Shown: piece after piece, positions 50,467 through 60,828 of the stretch | How positions within the stretch are numbered: position 1 is the first letter of the stretch | Layout: the number at the start of each line of letters is the position of its first letter | Source: a virus | DNA length: 64,000 nucleotides | Virus record (IMG/VR): IMGVR_UViG_3300035698_012707 | Location: 17,343-81,342 of that record | Strand: one strand, 5' to 3' | Translations under genes and position numbers: made by a program | The notes under the pieces: generated by a model | What the model was told of the DNA's origin: nothing | Databases searched by the model: none | Seen by the model: only the letters and a program-made list of their open reading frames with translations

Positions 50467-51631
50467 TTTTAATGGTTTTTTCTTTGTTTACTTTGTCGTG
50501 AGCAGCTTGGATAGCTTTATGAAGCTTCTCTGAAGTATGATCCCATGTCCATGATTCAGATATATCTTTAGCAGCCTTGTCTCCAATCTTCTTGGCCTCA
50601 TCTTGATGATCGTATATCCATCTCATAGTATCACTTAGCTTGGCCTCGTCCATATCAAACCAATTCTGTCCACCATATTGAGGTTGTACTCTAAGAAATT
50701 CAGCGTTGTTAATGGGGACAAGACGCCCTTCTATCAAAAAACTATTATCTTTATTCATAAAATCTGTGTTGCCTCCCCATGATGGTCCTACGGAGGGAAC
50801 GCCACAAGCCATAGCTTCAACGAAAGGAAGACCAAAACCCTCCCCTCTAGACGGAAGAACAAAGCAATCAAATGATTTATAGAGATTTGGTAGAGCATCG
50901 TCTGGTAAAATCTCTGTCCATAATACTATTTTAGGAAAATCTTTTCTACCGTTTTCTTTCTCAAACTCTTGTTTTATCAGACGTATCTCATTTCTTACGT
51001 GGTTTAAGGTATCCTCTACAGGGAACTTCCAGAAAACCCTAAGAGTAAGGCTAACGTCTTCGTCTCCCTTGAAAGCGTTATAGTAAGCTCTTACTAAAGC
51101 TTTTGGATTCTTTCTTTCCGTCCAGTCAAATACTGATCCAAAGTTAAATTTTCCGTGGTCATAAGTAAGGGGCTTAACACTTGGGTTATATTTACTTGTG
51201 TCTGCTCCGTGAGGTATAACCTTTATCTTTTTGCCGTCCAACCCCATCTTTATGTAAGATTTTTTATTTTCTTTAGAAGGAACCCATATTTCGTCCATAG
51301 CCTTGAGACCTAGCAACCAGGTTATTGGTGCCCCATCTGTCTCAAAGGGTGTATAGCATACATGGTAGGATGCTCTGGGATCTATAAAAAAGTTCTCAGG
51401 AGTAAGATGTTGTATAAACAAAAAATCCTTATTGCTTATTGGGTTTGTTTCTAACGCCTTAAGCTTCTCGCTTACTTCCCCTAAATTTGGTGAAGGTCCT
51501 CTCCAAAATCTACGAGGCCTAAGCCTCATCTTCATATCAGTATACTTCATTAGTCCCATAAGATGGTTTCTTGATACAGCTCCGTAACCAGAAAGATCAT
51601 ATGGGCAACTATAATACAGTACATCCATCAT
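50420..51631 (-). CDS. GT4 (GT-B) glycosyltransferase
   Basis: SGYG, RKN, PSRGEGFGLPFVEAMACG. Confidence 0.92.
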   Translation of the reverse strand: MMDVLYYSCPYDLSGYGAVSRNHLMGLMKYTDMKMRLRPRRFWRGPSPNLGEVSEKLKALETNPISNKDFLFIQHLTPENFFIDPRASYHVCYTPFETDGAPITWLLGLKAMDEIWVPSKENKKSYIKMGLDGKKIKVIPHGADTSKYNPSVKPLTYDHGKFNFGSVFDWTERKNPKALVRAYYNAFKGDEDVSLTLRVFWKFPVEDTLNHVRNEIRLIKQEFEKENGRKDFPKIVLWTEILPDDALPNLYKSFDCFVLPSRGEGFGLPFVEAMACGVPSVGPSWGGNTDFMNKDNSFLIEGRLVPINNAEFLRVQPQYGGQNWFDMDEAKLSDTMRWIYDHQDEAKKIGDKAAKDISESWTWDHTSEKLHKAIQAAHDKVNKEKTIKNDMGFMEANIEKDKS

Positions 51632-52992
51632 TATATTGCCTCCGGTGTAAATTTCATGTCGGTTATTTTTACATCTTTTGGAGCTCCCTCTGGAAACAAT
51701 GCAGAATCGATTATCTTTTCCCATTCTTTACAGATAATACTCCAATCCATCTTTAGGGCTTGCTCTCTACCCTTTTTTCCATACTCCTCACAAAGTTTCT
51801 CATCGTCTAGGAGAGTAACAATACTTTCGACATATTCATCCATGTCTATTATAGCTCTTCTTATGTTCGTGAGTGGCTCTGCCTCTAACACTTTAGGCGG
51901 TATTAGAAAACCACAACCTCTAGCCCATTCTGGATGAGCGCTATAATCAGTGGCAACAATAGGTCTTCCACTCGACATAGCTTCCAAAATTGGCAATCCA
52001 AATCCCTCACCCCTTGTTGGCAATGTAAATATATCTATAGCATTATATAGAGCAGCCAGAGTTGATTCTTCCACCCCTCGTCCTATTTGTAGGTCAGGAT
52101 TAAATATAATTTTGCCCTTAAGACAAAAGTCCTCTTGAAGGTCTATCAAATCCCATCCACAATCTTTAGGTGCAGCATGGAGATACAATATGACATCATC
52201 TCTTGGGTTTCCTTTCTTTATGTCTCTAGAAAGACACTTCCTGCACTTGTCTGGCTTAGATGACTCTCTCTTAACATTGTCAAATATGGATGTTGTTATG
52301 CTCTTGCACTCTTCACACCTATACCATTCTCCGTTTACAACATGATAGAACATTTTAAATAAACTATCAAATGCTTTTCTTGGCTGATTTCTGGCTACTA
52401 TACCTATTACTTTCTTCCCATCAACACCTAGCATTCTTTTCTTAAAATCTTCTCTTTTTTCTTTTGACACTGGCCTAAACAATTTAGTGTTAACGCCATG
52501 ATATATGTAACTTAAGTTTGCATTTGGAGCTCTCTGCTTTATTACTTCCATACCATACTTACCGTAAGCCACAGCAAAATCCATACTATCTACAATAGGC
52601 CCCCATTTTGACGGCACTGGCTGACCATCTATCGGGAAATAACCCACCCACTTGAAGTCACCGCTATCCTTTGAATCTTTAGTATGTTCTGTCATCCACA
52701 TATCCCCTAAGGTCCAGACTAGGTCTGGCTTAATCTTCTCTATATACTCGGGAAGAGATTGTATAGCATACTTATCTTCCTGCGTTATCATACCCTTAGG
52801 GCTTTTCTTAGTAGTAAATACGGGGTAAGGTACTTCTCGGTTGTTCTCTTTATGAAACCATCCTATAGCACTTACTTCATATTTACCAGTAGAACTTAAA
52901 TAAGACCATACTTCCCTCCCTACCCTACCGAAACCAGTATCTATCTTTGGAGAGTCAGTCATAACTAGTATTTTCTTTCTTTGAAAAGACAT
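51631..52992 (-). CDS. GT4 glycosyltransferase with inserted Zn finger
   Basis: DSP..DTGFG, RNQPRK, CEEC...CRKC insert, GEGFGLPILEAM. Confidence 0.9.
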   Translation of the reverse strand: MSFQRKKILVMTDSPKIDTGFGRVGREVWSYLSSTGKYEVSAIGWFHKENNREVPYPVFTTKKSPKGMITQEDKYAIQSLPEYIEKIKPDLVWTLGDMWMTEHTKDSKDSGDFKWVGYFPIDGQPVPSKWGPIVDSMDFAVAYGKYGMEVIKQRAPNANLSYIYHGVNTKLFRPVSKEKREDFKKRMLGVDGKKVIGIVARNQPRKAFDSLFKMFYHVVNGEWYRCEECKSITTSIFDNVKRESSKPDKCRKCLSRDIKKGNPRDDVILYLHAAPKDCGWDLIDLQEDFCLKGKIIFNPDLQIGRGVEESTLAALYNAIDIFTLPTRGEGFGLPILEAMSSGRPIVATDYSAHPEWARGCGFLIPPKVLEAEPLTNIRRAIIDMDEYVESIVTLLDDEKLCEEYGKKGREQALKMDWSIICKEWEKIIDSALFPEGAPKDVKITDMKFTPEAI

Positions 52993-53173
52993 ATTGCTTC
53001 TTCCTTTTGTTCTATTTTTCCATTTGTGCTCTTATTAGAGCATCTATATTATCCTCGGTCGCGCTTCTTTTTATAACGGTTCCATCATCCATTATAACGG
53101 CAACAACGTCGCCATTTTTATCAACTATATCTAACATTTGGCCTCCTTGTTTTGTAGGAGACAGCATTAAAGT

Positions 53174-53629
53174 TTATCCTATTTCAATTCTTTTGATATT
53201 CTCATTATGTGCAGTCTCCTTGTAGGGGATCCTAACCTTCAGCATCCCATCGTTAAGATTAGCAGTAATCTTATCTTCTTCTAAGTTTTCGGGAAGCCTA
53301 AGGCTTCTGCTAAAAGATCTTTTGGAAACTTCCCTACAATAGTATTTGTCACTACTTATTTCCTTATCCTGATTTGAGTCACCCTTTATAGTTAGGATGT
53401 TGTCCTTTACTTCCAGGTTAACTTTTTCCTTTGGAAGCTCAGGCACGTAAGCATCTACACATAAGCAACCATCTTCATCATAAACATTCATCTTAGGATA
53501 GGTTCCTTTGGCTAGCGCCCCAGGAAAAAAATCTTTTGAAAACATTTCGTTTAACAACCTGTCCATCTGGTCTCCCAGTGAACGTGTTAACGCAGATCTG
53601 TCATTGAAAAATGGAATCATCTCTCTCAT
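53174..53629 (-). CDS. Hsp20/alpha-crystallin small heat-shock protein
   Basis: PKMNVYD, LTIKG, FSRSLRLP, ANLNDGMLKVRIP. Confidence 0.92.
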   Translation of the reverse strand: MREMIPFFNDRSALTRSLGDQMDRLLNEMFSKDFFPGALAKGTYPKMNVYDEDGCLCVDAYVPELPKEKVNLEVKDNILTIKGDSNQDKEISSDKYYCREVSKRSFSRSLRLPENLEEDKITANLNDGMLKVRIPYKETAHNENIKRIEIG

Positions 53630-53755
53630 TTTTCCTCCTTTACATGCTTCTTGGCGCTGTCTCCCAGCCTTATCTTATTAGGGTCTATCTTTACTTTTAT
53701 GCCGTTCTTTAAAACAAAAACCACATGTTTACCCTCATTCTTAGTCTCTAGAACA

Positions 53756-54553
53756 TTATGTTCTGTTATTAAATCCTTTGCTGACAACATCTCTATCCTC
53801 CATTGCTTTTTCGTTCATACAAAATATCTTGAACCGGCATCTTCCACAGCTCAACCTGTTATCTGATGGATAGAAAATTCTATTCTCTATTCCATTAGCT
53901 ATGTTATACAATATCTTCCTTGCTCTCACAAAGTCGCTTCCGCTTCTCTGGACCACAACCTCTTGCTTCTTTCCTATGTTACATATTATAATATTAGACT
54001 CTTTAGTTTCAAAGCTCTTCCTAAAAGCATACGATGCAACTGTTTTGCTTAAGTCTATCTTGCTTACAAAATCATCTGGCATCTGTGGAGAGTATGAAAA
54101 GAATACAAGGTCTGTTTCTCTTTTTCGTGTACGATCATTTAATAACTTTATTAGAGGTATAGTTCCTCTAACGTGAATATTAGTCTCTCCTTCGAAAACT
54201 GCCTCGTACCTAAAATCAACAGCTATAGGAGTAACCTTATCGTTGCTAGCGTATCTATAGAAATTCTTTAGGAGATTTATGGCCATGTTAGACCTCTCCC
54301 TAATGTCCTCTTCCTTGAAATTGCTTTCTATTTCACTAGTAAACCACAGCTGTTCCCACTTAGTGAATAGATTATTTAATGATTTTTCATTCTTATCTAT
54401 CATGCAAAAGTAATAGTACGATATCGTTTGCCTAAGTGTGTCTTTAAAAAAATCCTTAATACTCTTTTTTTCTGGGACAAAGTCTACGTGTTTAAACTTA
54501 TATTTTTGAGGACAATCTTTATAGTCCAATATTTCTTGCATACTAAGACGCAC
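53756..54553 (-). CDS. Cas4/AddB-like PD-(D/E)xK protein, apparently catalytically degenerate
   Basis: DCPQKYKF start and CGRCRFKIFC end; core reads GTIP and FSYS. Confidence 0.6.
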   Translation of the reverse strand: MRLSMQEILDYKDCPQKYKFKHVDFVPEKKSIKDFFKDTLRQTISYYYFCMIDKNEKSLNNLFTKWEQLWFTSEIESNFKEEDIRERSNMAINLLKNFYRYASNDKVTPIAVDFRYEAVFEGETNIHVRGTIPLIKLLNDRTRKRETDLVFFSYSPQMPDDFVSKIDLSKTVASYAFRKSFETKESNIIICNIGKKQEVVVQRSGSDFVRARKILYNIANGIENRIFYPSDNRLSCGRCRFKIFCMNEKAMEDRDVVSKGFNNRT

Positions 54554-54694
54554 TCTTTCCCCCTCCCGCTGCTTTGCTTAATGCAGTAACAGGACAATCA
54601 CATTTCTTCTTGGCTGGATATCCTGTCCAACTTTCTGGTGGAGTTATATTAGTCTTATTAGCCTTAGGTCTTGGGGATGCTTTCTTTGATTTTT

Positions 54695-57154
54695 TTACCA
54701 TGGGTCTACCTCCGATGAAGACATAAATCCAGTCTTAGGGTTAGAAGGGTTTCTCTTGTCAGACATGCTTTTTAGAGCAGCCTTATATGTAGCCTTTAGT
54801 TCTCCAGCCTCCGAAGAGTTGCACTCATAAAAGAGTGAATGTTCTGGAGAAAACTTATAATAAAGAGTACCCTTAAAGTCAGTTATCTTGTTCTTTTGTA
54901 TGTCTATCTCTACTATTGGTTTTTTAACTACTACTCCGTTCTTTTCTTCTATCCACAGAGCCTCTGCTGAGTCTCTTCTGGCATGTATATCGTTGTAAAG
55001 CATGCCTATCATATTATTGTCGTACTCCATCTGCTTAGACTCTGCTATGTCGCTCAGTGCCGGCCTTTTGGATCCATTTACTCCAAGAAACTTTCTCAGC
55101 TCCATTGTGCAGATGGCTGTTATGTGAAGTCTATTTTTCATAGCATGTATTCTTCCACTAGCATGCTTGAATCTTATTCTCTCGTCCTTTGCGGACTCAT
55201 CAGATAGCTTATGGAAGTTATCTAAAAAGAATATTACCTGCTTCTCTGGGTATTTGTCTTGCATGTATCTAATCCAGTTCTCAGCAAAATTAAGATCAAC
55301 TCCATGACTAACATCTTTGATTGCAAATCGTCCCTCAGCCATCATCGACGTCATGTCTCTCCACCCATCGTCCAGCTTCTTCTTATCTTCATCACTGTGG
55401 ACATGTTCTGTGGGGTGAGTAACCTGTCTTATCTCTAGCCCAGATGAAATAGATACTAGCCTTGGTATTGCCTGCTGTCTAGAGTCATCAATGGACATGA
55501 ATAAAACACAAGCATCGTCATTGTATTTTGCTATCCTATACGCTAGATTAAACATAAATCCAGTCTTTCCTAGATTACTGTCTCCAGCGAAGGTTATCAT
55601 ATTGTCTTCTCTTGGTATTCCAGAAAAAGCGTCATCAAATATATCCCAGCCTGTCTTGAAACCAAGCAGTCCAGCCTGTCTGTCTTCAAATTTCTCTCTG
55701 ACATCAGTCATATAGGTCATAAGTTCATCACTAGAGTGCACCTCGTCGCTGTTTGTGCTTCTTAGCTTTCTTATGTCTTCTAGTGCTTCTTCAAATATTG
55801 CTACTGGGTCGCCTTCTCTCTCGTTGATCTCACTCATAACCTGGCGCACCTTGGCGTTCTCTTTCTCTTTAATGCGCGCTTCTTCGTAGTTTAGAATGGA
55901 ATCAAGTTGCCGTTGAATGGCCTTGAGTCTTACTCCAGCGAACTCAGAGAGATGTTTGCACATACCCTCTCGCCTGATGTTGTTAGGCTCGTTAACTATC
56001 AACGGTATCATGCGATCACAGACATCTTCTTTATCAAAATCGTAAGGGAACCTGCTTAGTCTCCACTCAAAAGCATCCATGAGAGGTAGTTTTCTAAATG
56101 CATCTAGGCCATGCTTATCCAGATAATCATCCGGATCACATTCCTCTGTCTCTGATGGCATCTTTACTATCTTTATCCTAAGAGCCTCTTCCCCGCTAAA
56201 GTGTTCATCTAATAGCTTTTCTGTCTTATCTTGGCCGGAATTGTCTCCATCCAGACATAAAATTATATCCCTTATGTTGAGTGCTTTGATTAAATTTATG
56301 TGTTCATACGTAAGGGCAGTACCTCCGATAGCACAGCTATTTAGAAGACCATGCTTCTGAGCTGTAATCCAATCCGGATAGCCTTCAAATATATATAACG
56401 GTGGTACGCTCTTCTTCGCAGCGTATAACCCATACAGTATACTACTCTTGTGATATATAGGACACTTACTGCTCGTGTTTCTGAACTTGAAAGACTTAGA
56501 GCCCTTCTTGAATGTCATGTCCCTGCCAGCAAACCCTACTATTTTACCCTTCTCATTTCTAATTTCAAAGAGTAACATGTTTGGTGTGTATAACTGGCTA
56601 TTAAAATCTATGTCCCTTAGAAAATCTTTAGTAAAGCCACGGTTAGATAGTCTCGTCATGAAGTCTTCGTAACTCTTCACTGTACCAACTCCATACTCTC
56701 TACACAGCGATACAGGCCACTTTCTCTTCTTAAGGTACTCTATTGGTTGGTTCTCACTTATTATATCAGAGGCTTCAGCGTAAGCCTTGTATACTTCTGA
56801 CCTATATATCTCTTCCTCTGTGACCTCAAACTTATCGTTGTACGGGATGTTATACTTGTCAGCTAGATAGAACAAGTTCTCGTATATAAATTCTCTTCCT
56901 GTTGTAGGTTTGTCTTCTAAGAAATGAGCTGCATCTACTATAGTCCCCTTAGCGCCACAGGAAAAGCAATTAAATACCTGATTCTTAGACTCTGGGTGGA
57001 AACTAGCTGATGGATTGTCATCCTTATGCTCTGGGTTTATGCATCTAAACTTACCCTGAGCTGTTACTTTTATGTTATGTTCCTCAAGATAGTCTTTGAG
57101 ATATGGCATTAACTTTTGCTTTAGGCCGTCCAAATAGGTATTACTCGTCTCCAT
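54695..57154 (-). CDS. DnaG primase-DnaB helicase fusion
   Basis: CINPEH...CFSC zinc finger, EGYPD and LDGD TOPRIM, DPD, GDSNLGKT Walker A. Confidence 0.92.
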   Translation of the reverse strand: METSNTYLDGLKQKLMPYLKDYLEEHNIKVTAQGKFRCINPEHKDDNPSASFHPESKNQVFNCFSCGAKGTIVDAAHFLEDKPTTGREFIYENLFYLADKYNIPYNDKFEVTEEEIYRSEVYKAYAEASDIISENQPIEYLKKRKWPVSLCREYGVGTVKSYEDFMTRLSNRGFTKDFLRDIDFNSQLYTPNMLLFEIRNEKGKIVGFAGRDMTFKKGSKSFKFRNTSSKCPIYHKSSILYGLYAAKKSVPPLYIFEGYPDWITAQKHGLLNSCAIGGTALTYEHINLIKALNIRDIILCLDGDNSGQDKTEKLLDEHFSGEEALRIKIVKMPSETEECDPDDYLDKHGLDAFRKLPLMDAFEWRLSRFPYDFDKEDVCDRMIPLIVNEPNNIRREGMCKHLSEFAGVRLKAIQRQLDSILNYEEARIKEKENAKVRQVMSEINEREGDPVAIFEEALEDIRKLRSTNSDEVHSSDELMTYMTDVREKFEDRQAGLLGFKTGWDIFDDAFSGIPREDNMITFAGDSNLGKTGFMFNLAYRIAKYNDDACVLFMSIDDSRQQAIPRLVSISSGLEIRQVTHPTEHVHSDEDKKKLDDGWRDMTSMMAEGRFAIKDVSHGVDLNFAENWIRYMQDKYPEKQVIFFLDNFHKLSDESAKDERIRFKHASGRIHAMKNRLHITAICTMELRKFLGVNGSKRPALSDIAESKQMEYDNNMIGMLYNDIHARRDSAEALWIEEKNGVVVKKPIVEIDIQKNKITDFKGTLYYKFSPEHSLFYECNSSEAGELKATYKAALKSMSDKRNPSNPKTGFMSSSEVDPW

Positions 57155-57357
57155 CAGGCTCTGCCTCCTGTGATTTGATTATAGATTCTTTTAAATTCTT
57201 TCCTACGTATACGCTTTCTCCGAATAGAGCCTTTACCATATGTCCGTTATACTTTTCAAGTAATAACTTAGCAAACTTACGCATATTGTCTGTCATGGGT
57301 GGCTTTGAAATATAGTTCGCAAGGAACATTTCCCTCTCGCACTTCATCCAGGTGTCT

Positions 57358-58017
57358 TCAGCGATAGTGTCCTCCTTTTTTAAGGTTTTCTGACTGCCAT
57401 AAGGGCTGCAAATTCGTATAATGACAAGCTTCCAATAATTGTTTTCTATCGGTTAAATCGAAGCTACATAAAGGCTTAATATGGTCTATGTGCCACTTAT
57501 CATTTCCTAAGCCATGATTGTTCCAAGACATTTCTGGATAAAACATGTTTTCAAGATGTACTTTAAATTCTTCTATAGAGCACCCGAGATCCCTCACTGC
57601 TGATCCAGACTTTGAATTATTTTTTATTGCTTTTGCAATCCTGTCTCTCAAAAGTGCTTTTAGTCTAAATTGCAAGTCAGTCTTCTTTTTTAGACTGCTA
57701 TATTTTACATTTCTAGATACAACGCATTCCTTACACTCACTCGCAATACCTATACGCCTATCTTTTCTTTTGTGAAATTCATCTGTAGATTTTATCTCGG
57801 AACACGCTGTGCACTGTTTAACATTGCCCTCTAATATTTTTGATGGAACAGGATGCGGTTTGTAGCTTAATCTATCATGTTTGCTTTTGCATTCTTTGCA
57901 TGAAGATGTATATCCGCTCTTTCTATTGTTCCTTACATAAAACTCTGTAAGATTTTTTTCTTTCTTACATTTAGAGCATACTTTTTTATCTATCAATGCG
58001 CAACTATCCTCTGCCAT
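57358..58017 (-). CDS. HNH homing endonuclease
   Basis: CxxC repeats; WHIDHIKPL...HYTNLQPLW..ENLKKG. Confidence 0.85.
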   Translation of the reverse strand: MAEDSCALIDKKVCSKCKKEKNLTEFYVRNNRKSGYTSSCKECKSKHDRLSYKPHPVPSKILEGNVKQCTACSEIKSTDEFHKRKDRRIGIASECKECVVSRNVKYSSLKKKTDLQFRLKALLRDRIAKAIKNNSKSGSAVRDLGCSIEEFKVHLENMFYPEMSWNNHGLGNDKWHIDHIKPLCSFDLTDRKQLLEACHYTNLQPLWQSENLKKGGHYR

Positions 58018-58265
58018 CCTTCACCTCCAAATTCCATTCTTCGGTTTCCATTACTAAACCACAGTTTTTGCAAGTCTTTACACTCGGTCCATAGTGCCCT
58101 GTGGCCCACATAGACTTTGTCCAATCAGATACTTTCTTGTGTTTACAGTTTATTCGTAGCTCATCTATCTCGTGTTCGTGACGTGCTGTCATTTCTTCTA
58201 TTTCTGACGCGTGTCTCTTCATTGCTTTTTCAGTTGTCTCTTTCATTGCTTCCTCCATTGTCTAC

Positions 58266-58294
58266 ATTATAACACAATATTTTCGACATTTCAA
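58266..58294 (-). promoter_or_regulatory. Sigma70-type promoter for the primase-helicase unit
   Basis: Minus strand TTGAAA-17-TATAAT with TG. Confidence 0.65.
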
Positions 58295-58303
58295 CTAAAA
58301 ATT

Positions 58304-58657
58304 TGGTGGACCTGCCGGTAATCGAAACCGGGTCCTATATGTCCTTCAGCTAGATCGATGTACAGTCATTCTTACTTGGGGGTGACCACCAGTTACTTTT
58401 ATCTTATATTACGAGCAAGTAACGAGCTCTCTACCAACGTGAGAATATTCTGTTGCAACGTTATCCTCAGACGCCCGGTCCCTAGAGACCAAAATAGGTT
58501 CAACAACTTTGTCATCCAGCATATCGGACACCATGTTGAGAACCCGCTTAAACGGTTTAGGTTTAGCATTTATTTTTTGTGCATCTTTTTAACGAGGCCA
58601 GATGCTCCTCGGACTGCGCTCTAGAATTCAAACGAATAGTCGAATCCTTTCAGGCCC
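58304..58657 (-). ncRNA. ssrA: tmRNA
   Basis: 5' GGGCCTGAAAGGATTCGAC; 3' CCGGTTTCGATTACCGGCAGGTCCACCA; G3-U70; PK1-like GAGG.GCATCT..CCTC...AGATGC; 354 nt. Confidence 0.92.
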
Positions 58658-58679
58658 ATTTATCTTCTTCTACTCTCTT

Positions 58680-58749
58680 ATTATATCACATTTATATGTC
58701 CTTTTCAACCTATTTTTTAGTTGAAATACAACTATATTTATGCTATAAT
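58680..58749. promoter_or_regulatory. Back-to-back sigma70 promoters (tmRNA on -, nuclease on +)
   Basis: TTGAAA-17-TATAAT on minus (58708-58680) and on plus (58721-58749). Confidence 0.7.
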
Positions 58750-58795
58750 AGGGGTATAAGATAGAAAAAATTCTATTAAACAAAAGGAGAATTAT

Positions 58796-59656
58796 ATGGA
58801 ACTTATTAAGAATGTGGACTCGTACCTTGAGACACCCAAACCGGTGAACCCACCCAGATACCACAGGGGATATCACCCATCGGCTGCTTCATGTGTAATC
58901 AAGAACGAGTACGATGAAGATGAGGTAGTTGGAAAGTGTATGAGAGATAGCTACTGGTCACACAAGTCTGTAGACAAATCAAACCCCATGAACTCCAGAG
59001 GTGTACGGATATGCTCTGTTGGATCCATGGTTGAGCGTTGGGAGACAGACAAGTACAAAGAAATGGGCATATGGAGAGGCAACAACGTCAAGTTCTTTGA
59101 TACTGATAACCATATTTCAGGTGAAGTCGATGCTTTTGTGGAAGATTTACAGACAAAGCAGATAGTAGGTGTTGAGATTAAGACTGGGTATGGATATATG
59201 TTCCAGTCAAAGGTTATAGGTAGACCAGATCGTAAAGGAACCCCTAAGTTAGATCACTTAATGCAGGTTATGTTATACATGAATTACTTTAAAGAAATTC
59301 CATTGTTTAAAATGGTATACATTGACAGAGGAAACGCTGCTAGAGCAGAGTTTAATATAACTATAGACAAGAATAGTGGCGGAGTAAAGGTAGATGGTAA
59401 GAGACACTGTGAGAGGCTTACTATACCCTCTATACTCCATAGGTATAAAGAGCTTGGAAAATGTCTGGAGGATGGTGTTTTGCCCGAGAGAGATTACCAA
59501 CTACAGTACTCTAAGGAGTATCTTCAGTTTTTACATGACTCTAATCGCATGACAAAGACAGATACTAAGGTATTTGAAAAAACTGGAAACGTTGAAAGAG
59601 GAGATTGGAGATGTAGTTACTGTGATTACAAAGATTATTGCTGGAAGGAGGCTTAA
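58796..59656 (+). CDS. Cas4-like PD-(D/E)xK exonuclease
   Basis: HPS...C, SGEVD, VEIKT, Q..LY, CSYCDYKDYC. Confidence 0.8.
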   Translation: MELIKNVDSYLETPKPVNPPRYHRGYHPSAASCVIKNEYDEDEVVGKCMRDSYWSHKSVDKSNPMNSRGVRICSVGSMVERWETDKYKEMGIWRGNNVKFFDTDNHISGEVDAFVEDLQTKQIVGVEIKTGYGYMFQSKVIGRPDRKGTPKLDHLMQVMLYMNYFKEIPLFKMVYIDRGNAARAEFNITIDKNSGGVKVDGKRHCERLTIPSILHRYKELGKCLEDGVLPERDYQLQYSKEYLQFLHDSNRMTKTDTKVFEKTGNVERGDWRCSYCDYKDYCWKEA

Positions 59657-59846
59657 TATGGTAGATACTATATTGGAATTTGTTAGAACCTTTCTAGAGT
59701 TCTGTGTGTATGTTGTTAAATTTGCCATTCTATTAGGTATTTGCTGGGGCATCTCTGTTTTAACGCCCCTAACATGCTTTGAGGTTTCAGCGCTCATGAT
59801 GGTGTTCTGGTTTTTAAATCTGTACCACGTTAAATAATATATACAT

Positions 59847-59897
59847 AAAAAAGGGGCTAAGATCTGGTTGAATTCCAGGTCCTAGCCCTATTTTTTT
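59847..59897. terminator. Bidirectional intrinsic terminator
   Basis: A-run, GGGGCTAAGATCTGG/CCAGGTCCTAGCCCT stem, T-run. Confidence 0.75.
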
Positions 59898-59910
59898 GTC
59901 TATATGTTAC

Positions 59911-60249
59911 TTATTCTCCTACATTCTCTCCAATATCGCCCGTGTTCTTAAGAGCATTGAGTATCATTTCTATAGCCATATATATAACACTTTCTTTAAC
60001 TGTCTCAAGCCCTGCTGCCTTAGCAGCTTCTAAGATCCTATCAAAAGCAGCTTTTCTTCTATCACCATCTACTACAATAGAAGGGTCGTCCTGTACTTCT
60101 TTAAGGATTATCTCTATCGTTGGACCCATCTTATTCATAAAATCTTTAACAGCGTCTGTCATTATATCAAGAACTATTTTCTTAATATATTTTCCAAGGC
60201 CATAGAGCCAATCTGCAGCTCTCTGGAACCAGCTTTTTCTCACACTCAT
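59911..60249 (-). CDS. Holin-associated/helical hypothetical protein
   Basis: GDRRKAAF...ESVIYMAIE pattern; next to a holin-like gene. Confidence 0.4.
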   Translation of the reverse strand: MSVRKSWFQRAADWLYGLGKYIKKIVLDIMTDAVKDFMNKMGPTIEIILKEVQDDPSIVVDGDRRKAAFDRILEAAKAAGLETVKESVIYMAIEMILNALKNTGDIGENVGE

Positions 60250-60384
60250 AATTTCCTCCTACGTTACCAATCTATTTTGAATTTTAATCCAAAGTAAAAA
60301 TCTTTAGTAGGCTTCCTATTTATCGTGTCCCAATAGTTCCCCATCTCAAAAGACCAGTACTTTCCCAGCTTTATATCCGGCGCC

Positions 60385-60828
60385 TTAACTACTGACTTTC
60401 CTTTTCTTCTTTTTAACAAGTTTTTTAGGTCCATTTGCGCCTCCAACTATTCTTTCTACCTCTTTCATTTCACCTATCTCAGCTTCAACAGCAAGTGTAA
60501 TGTCTTCTTTAGACACCTTCACTCCCAACTCTCCCAATATTATTTTTCCACTTTCTTCAATAGCTTTGCCAAGAGCTTCTTGTTTAGCCTCGTCATTGAA
60601 CTCTCCGCTCTTTTTGAGACCCTTAACATATGTTTGAGTTATGGCCATTACAACCTTCCTGATGATAAGCTGAATTCTTACTTCCATTTTATCGTCTATA
60701 TCAATGTTAAGCTTAGCTTCTATAGCATCCATTATTACTCCTGATTTCTTGGCAAGAAAAGTTGCTATGAAACCACCTAGAACAGATAGAGCGACAGATA
60801 TTGCATGTTCAGCAAACCAAGTACCCAT
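60385..60828 (-). CDS. LL-H-type holin-like protein
   Basis: N-terminal TM; QTYVKGLKKSG.F..EAKQEA...VEAEI. Confidence 0.55.
   Translation of the reverse strand: MGTWFAEHAISVALSVLGGFIATFLAKKSGVIMDAIEAKLNIDIDDKMEVRIQLIIRKVVMAITQTYVKGLKKSGEFNDEAKQEALGKAIEESGKIILGELGVKVSKEDITLAVEAEIGEMKEVERIVGGANGPKKLVKKKKRKVSS

Noticed and set aside
58358-58764. Plus-strand ORFs over the tmRNA
   Set aside because: Antisense shadows of ssrA and its promoter
58796-59656. CRISPR-Cas locus
   Set aside because: Solo Cas4-like nuclease; no cas1/cas2 or array
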